Shown: positions 63,263 through 64,000 of the stretch, one piece after another
How the letters are laid out: each line of letters opens with the position of its first letter
Numbering within the stretch: position 1 is the first letter of the stretch
Assembly (NCBI RefSeq): GCF_035084215.1
Contig: NC_090341.1
Coordinates: 28,334,001 to 28,398,000, forward strand
Length of the DNA: 64,000 nt
Source: Heptranchias perlo
Lineage: Eukaryota
Direction: 5' to 3'
The notes under the pieces: model-generated
Database searches by the model: none
Seen by the model: only the letters and a program-made list of their open reading frames with translations
Told to the model about the DNA's origin: nothing
Position numbers and translations under genes: made by a program

Positions 63263-64000
63263 GTTTTTGGGATGAAATTAGTAAAAAGAAACTAATATGC
63301 TCCCCCTTAAAACAAAATAACTCATTATACAAATAAAGGTCTCTGTGTGATATATTTATGCAAGTTGTAAACTTGATTAGATATGTAATACATTGAAGTT
63401 ACATGGGTATAATGTGGTGGGTTCTACTCAACATCACATAAATGGTATATGACTTAGAGAATCTTGTGGTATCCTCAGTAGAGGTGCTGTTTGACTGTAC
63501 AGTTGCATTGGGTCAAAAAACATCTCCACACCAACTCAATTTACTCAGACAAATACTACCGAAATTGCAAATATTCATTGTACATTAAGCTTTCAAAAAA
63601 TCAAATGTAAATATTCTCCCCGTTTAGAAAACAAACTTTTTGGGCATTATTGGATTAAAAAATAAACTCTTCAGCAGGAATTAAACCCCATATTTAGCAA
63701 GACCAGTCAATTAGTCCACTCTATTTAGCAGGCAGATGAAGATTGAACCAAAGACACATGTTTTTTTAAGGTCTCCTAAAGTGCTACTATTTATTGAAAA
63801 TCACAAGTACTTGGATCATTGCTTTTTCATACTTTTTTGAAATGAAAAAACATAACTGTTTTAGAAATGCTTATGGAAGGATTTATTGATGAGAATAATG
63901 GCACTATGCCCTGCAGATTTTACCCAACTTTCACAAATGTCTCAAGTGGAATAAAAATGTCAAATATAGCATTGTGAATACCTGAAGTAAATTTATCTTA

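Overview
This is vertebrate genomic DNA, most likely from a cartilaginous fish (shark), judged from its repeat families. It is mostly intronic and dense in transposons. The only host coding sequence I can support is one 73-nt minus-strand exon (58160-58232) of CFAP20DC/C3orf67. I found no further matching exon, so everything below 58160 appears to be one intron of more than 58 kb. The rest is nested mobile DNA: several CR1 LINE families (including a near-identical inverted young pair), L2 LINEs and an L1-type fragment. It also holds three decayed PIF/Harbinger transposases (one element keeps a spliced Myb/SANT gene), Harbinger MITEs, Deu-type and other tRNA-derived SINEs, a probable solo LTR and a 31-bp G-rich minisatellite. 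Two short repeats carry hammerhead-ribozyme cores. The most unusual item is a CR1/L2-group LINE ('family B') with no ORF1, whose 5' end is a tRNA-like Pol III head with a duplicated anticodon arm. A SINE in the window looks like an internally deleted form of the same element. Most ORFs in the supplied track are transposon fragments or their antisense shadows. Family names come from my recollection of motifs, not from database searches, and boundaries of old repeats are approximate.
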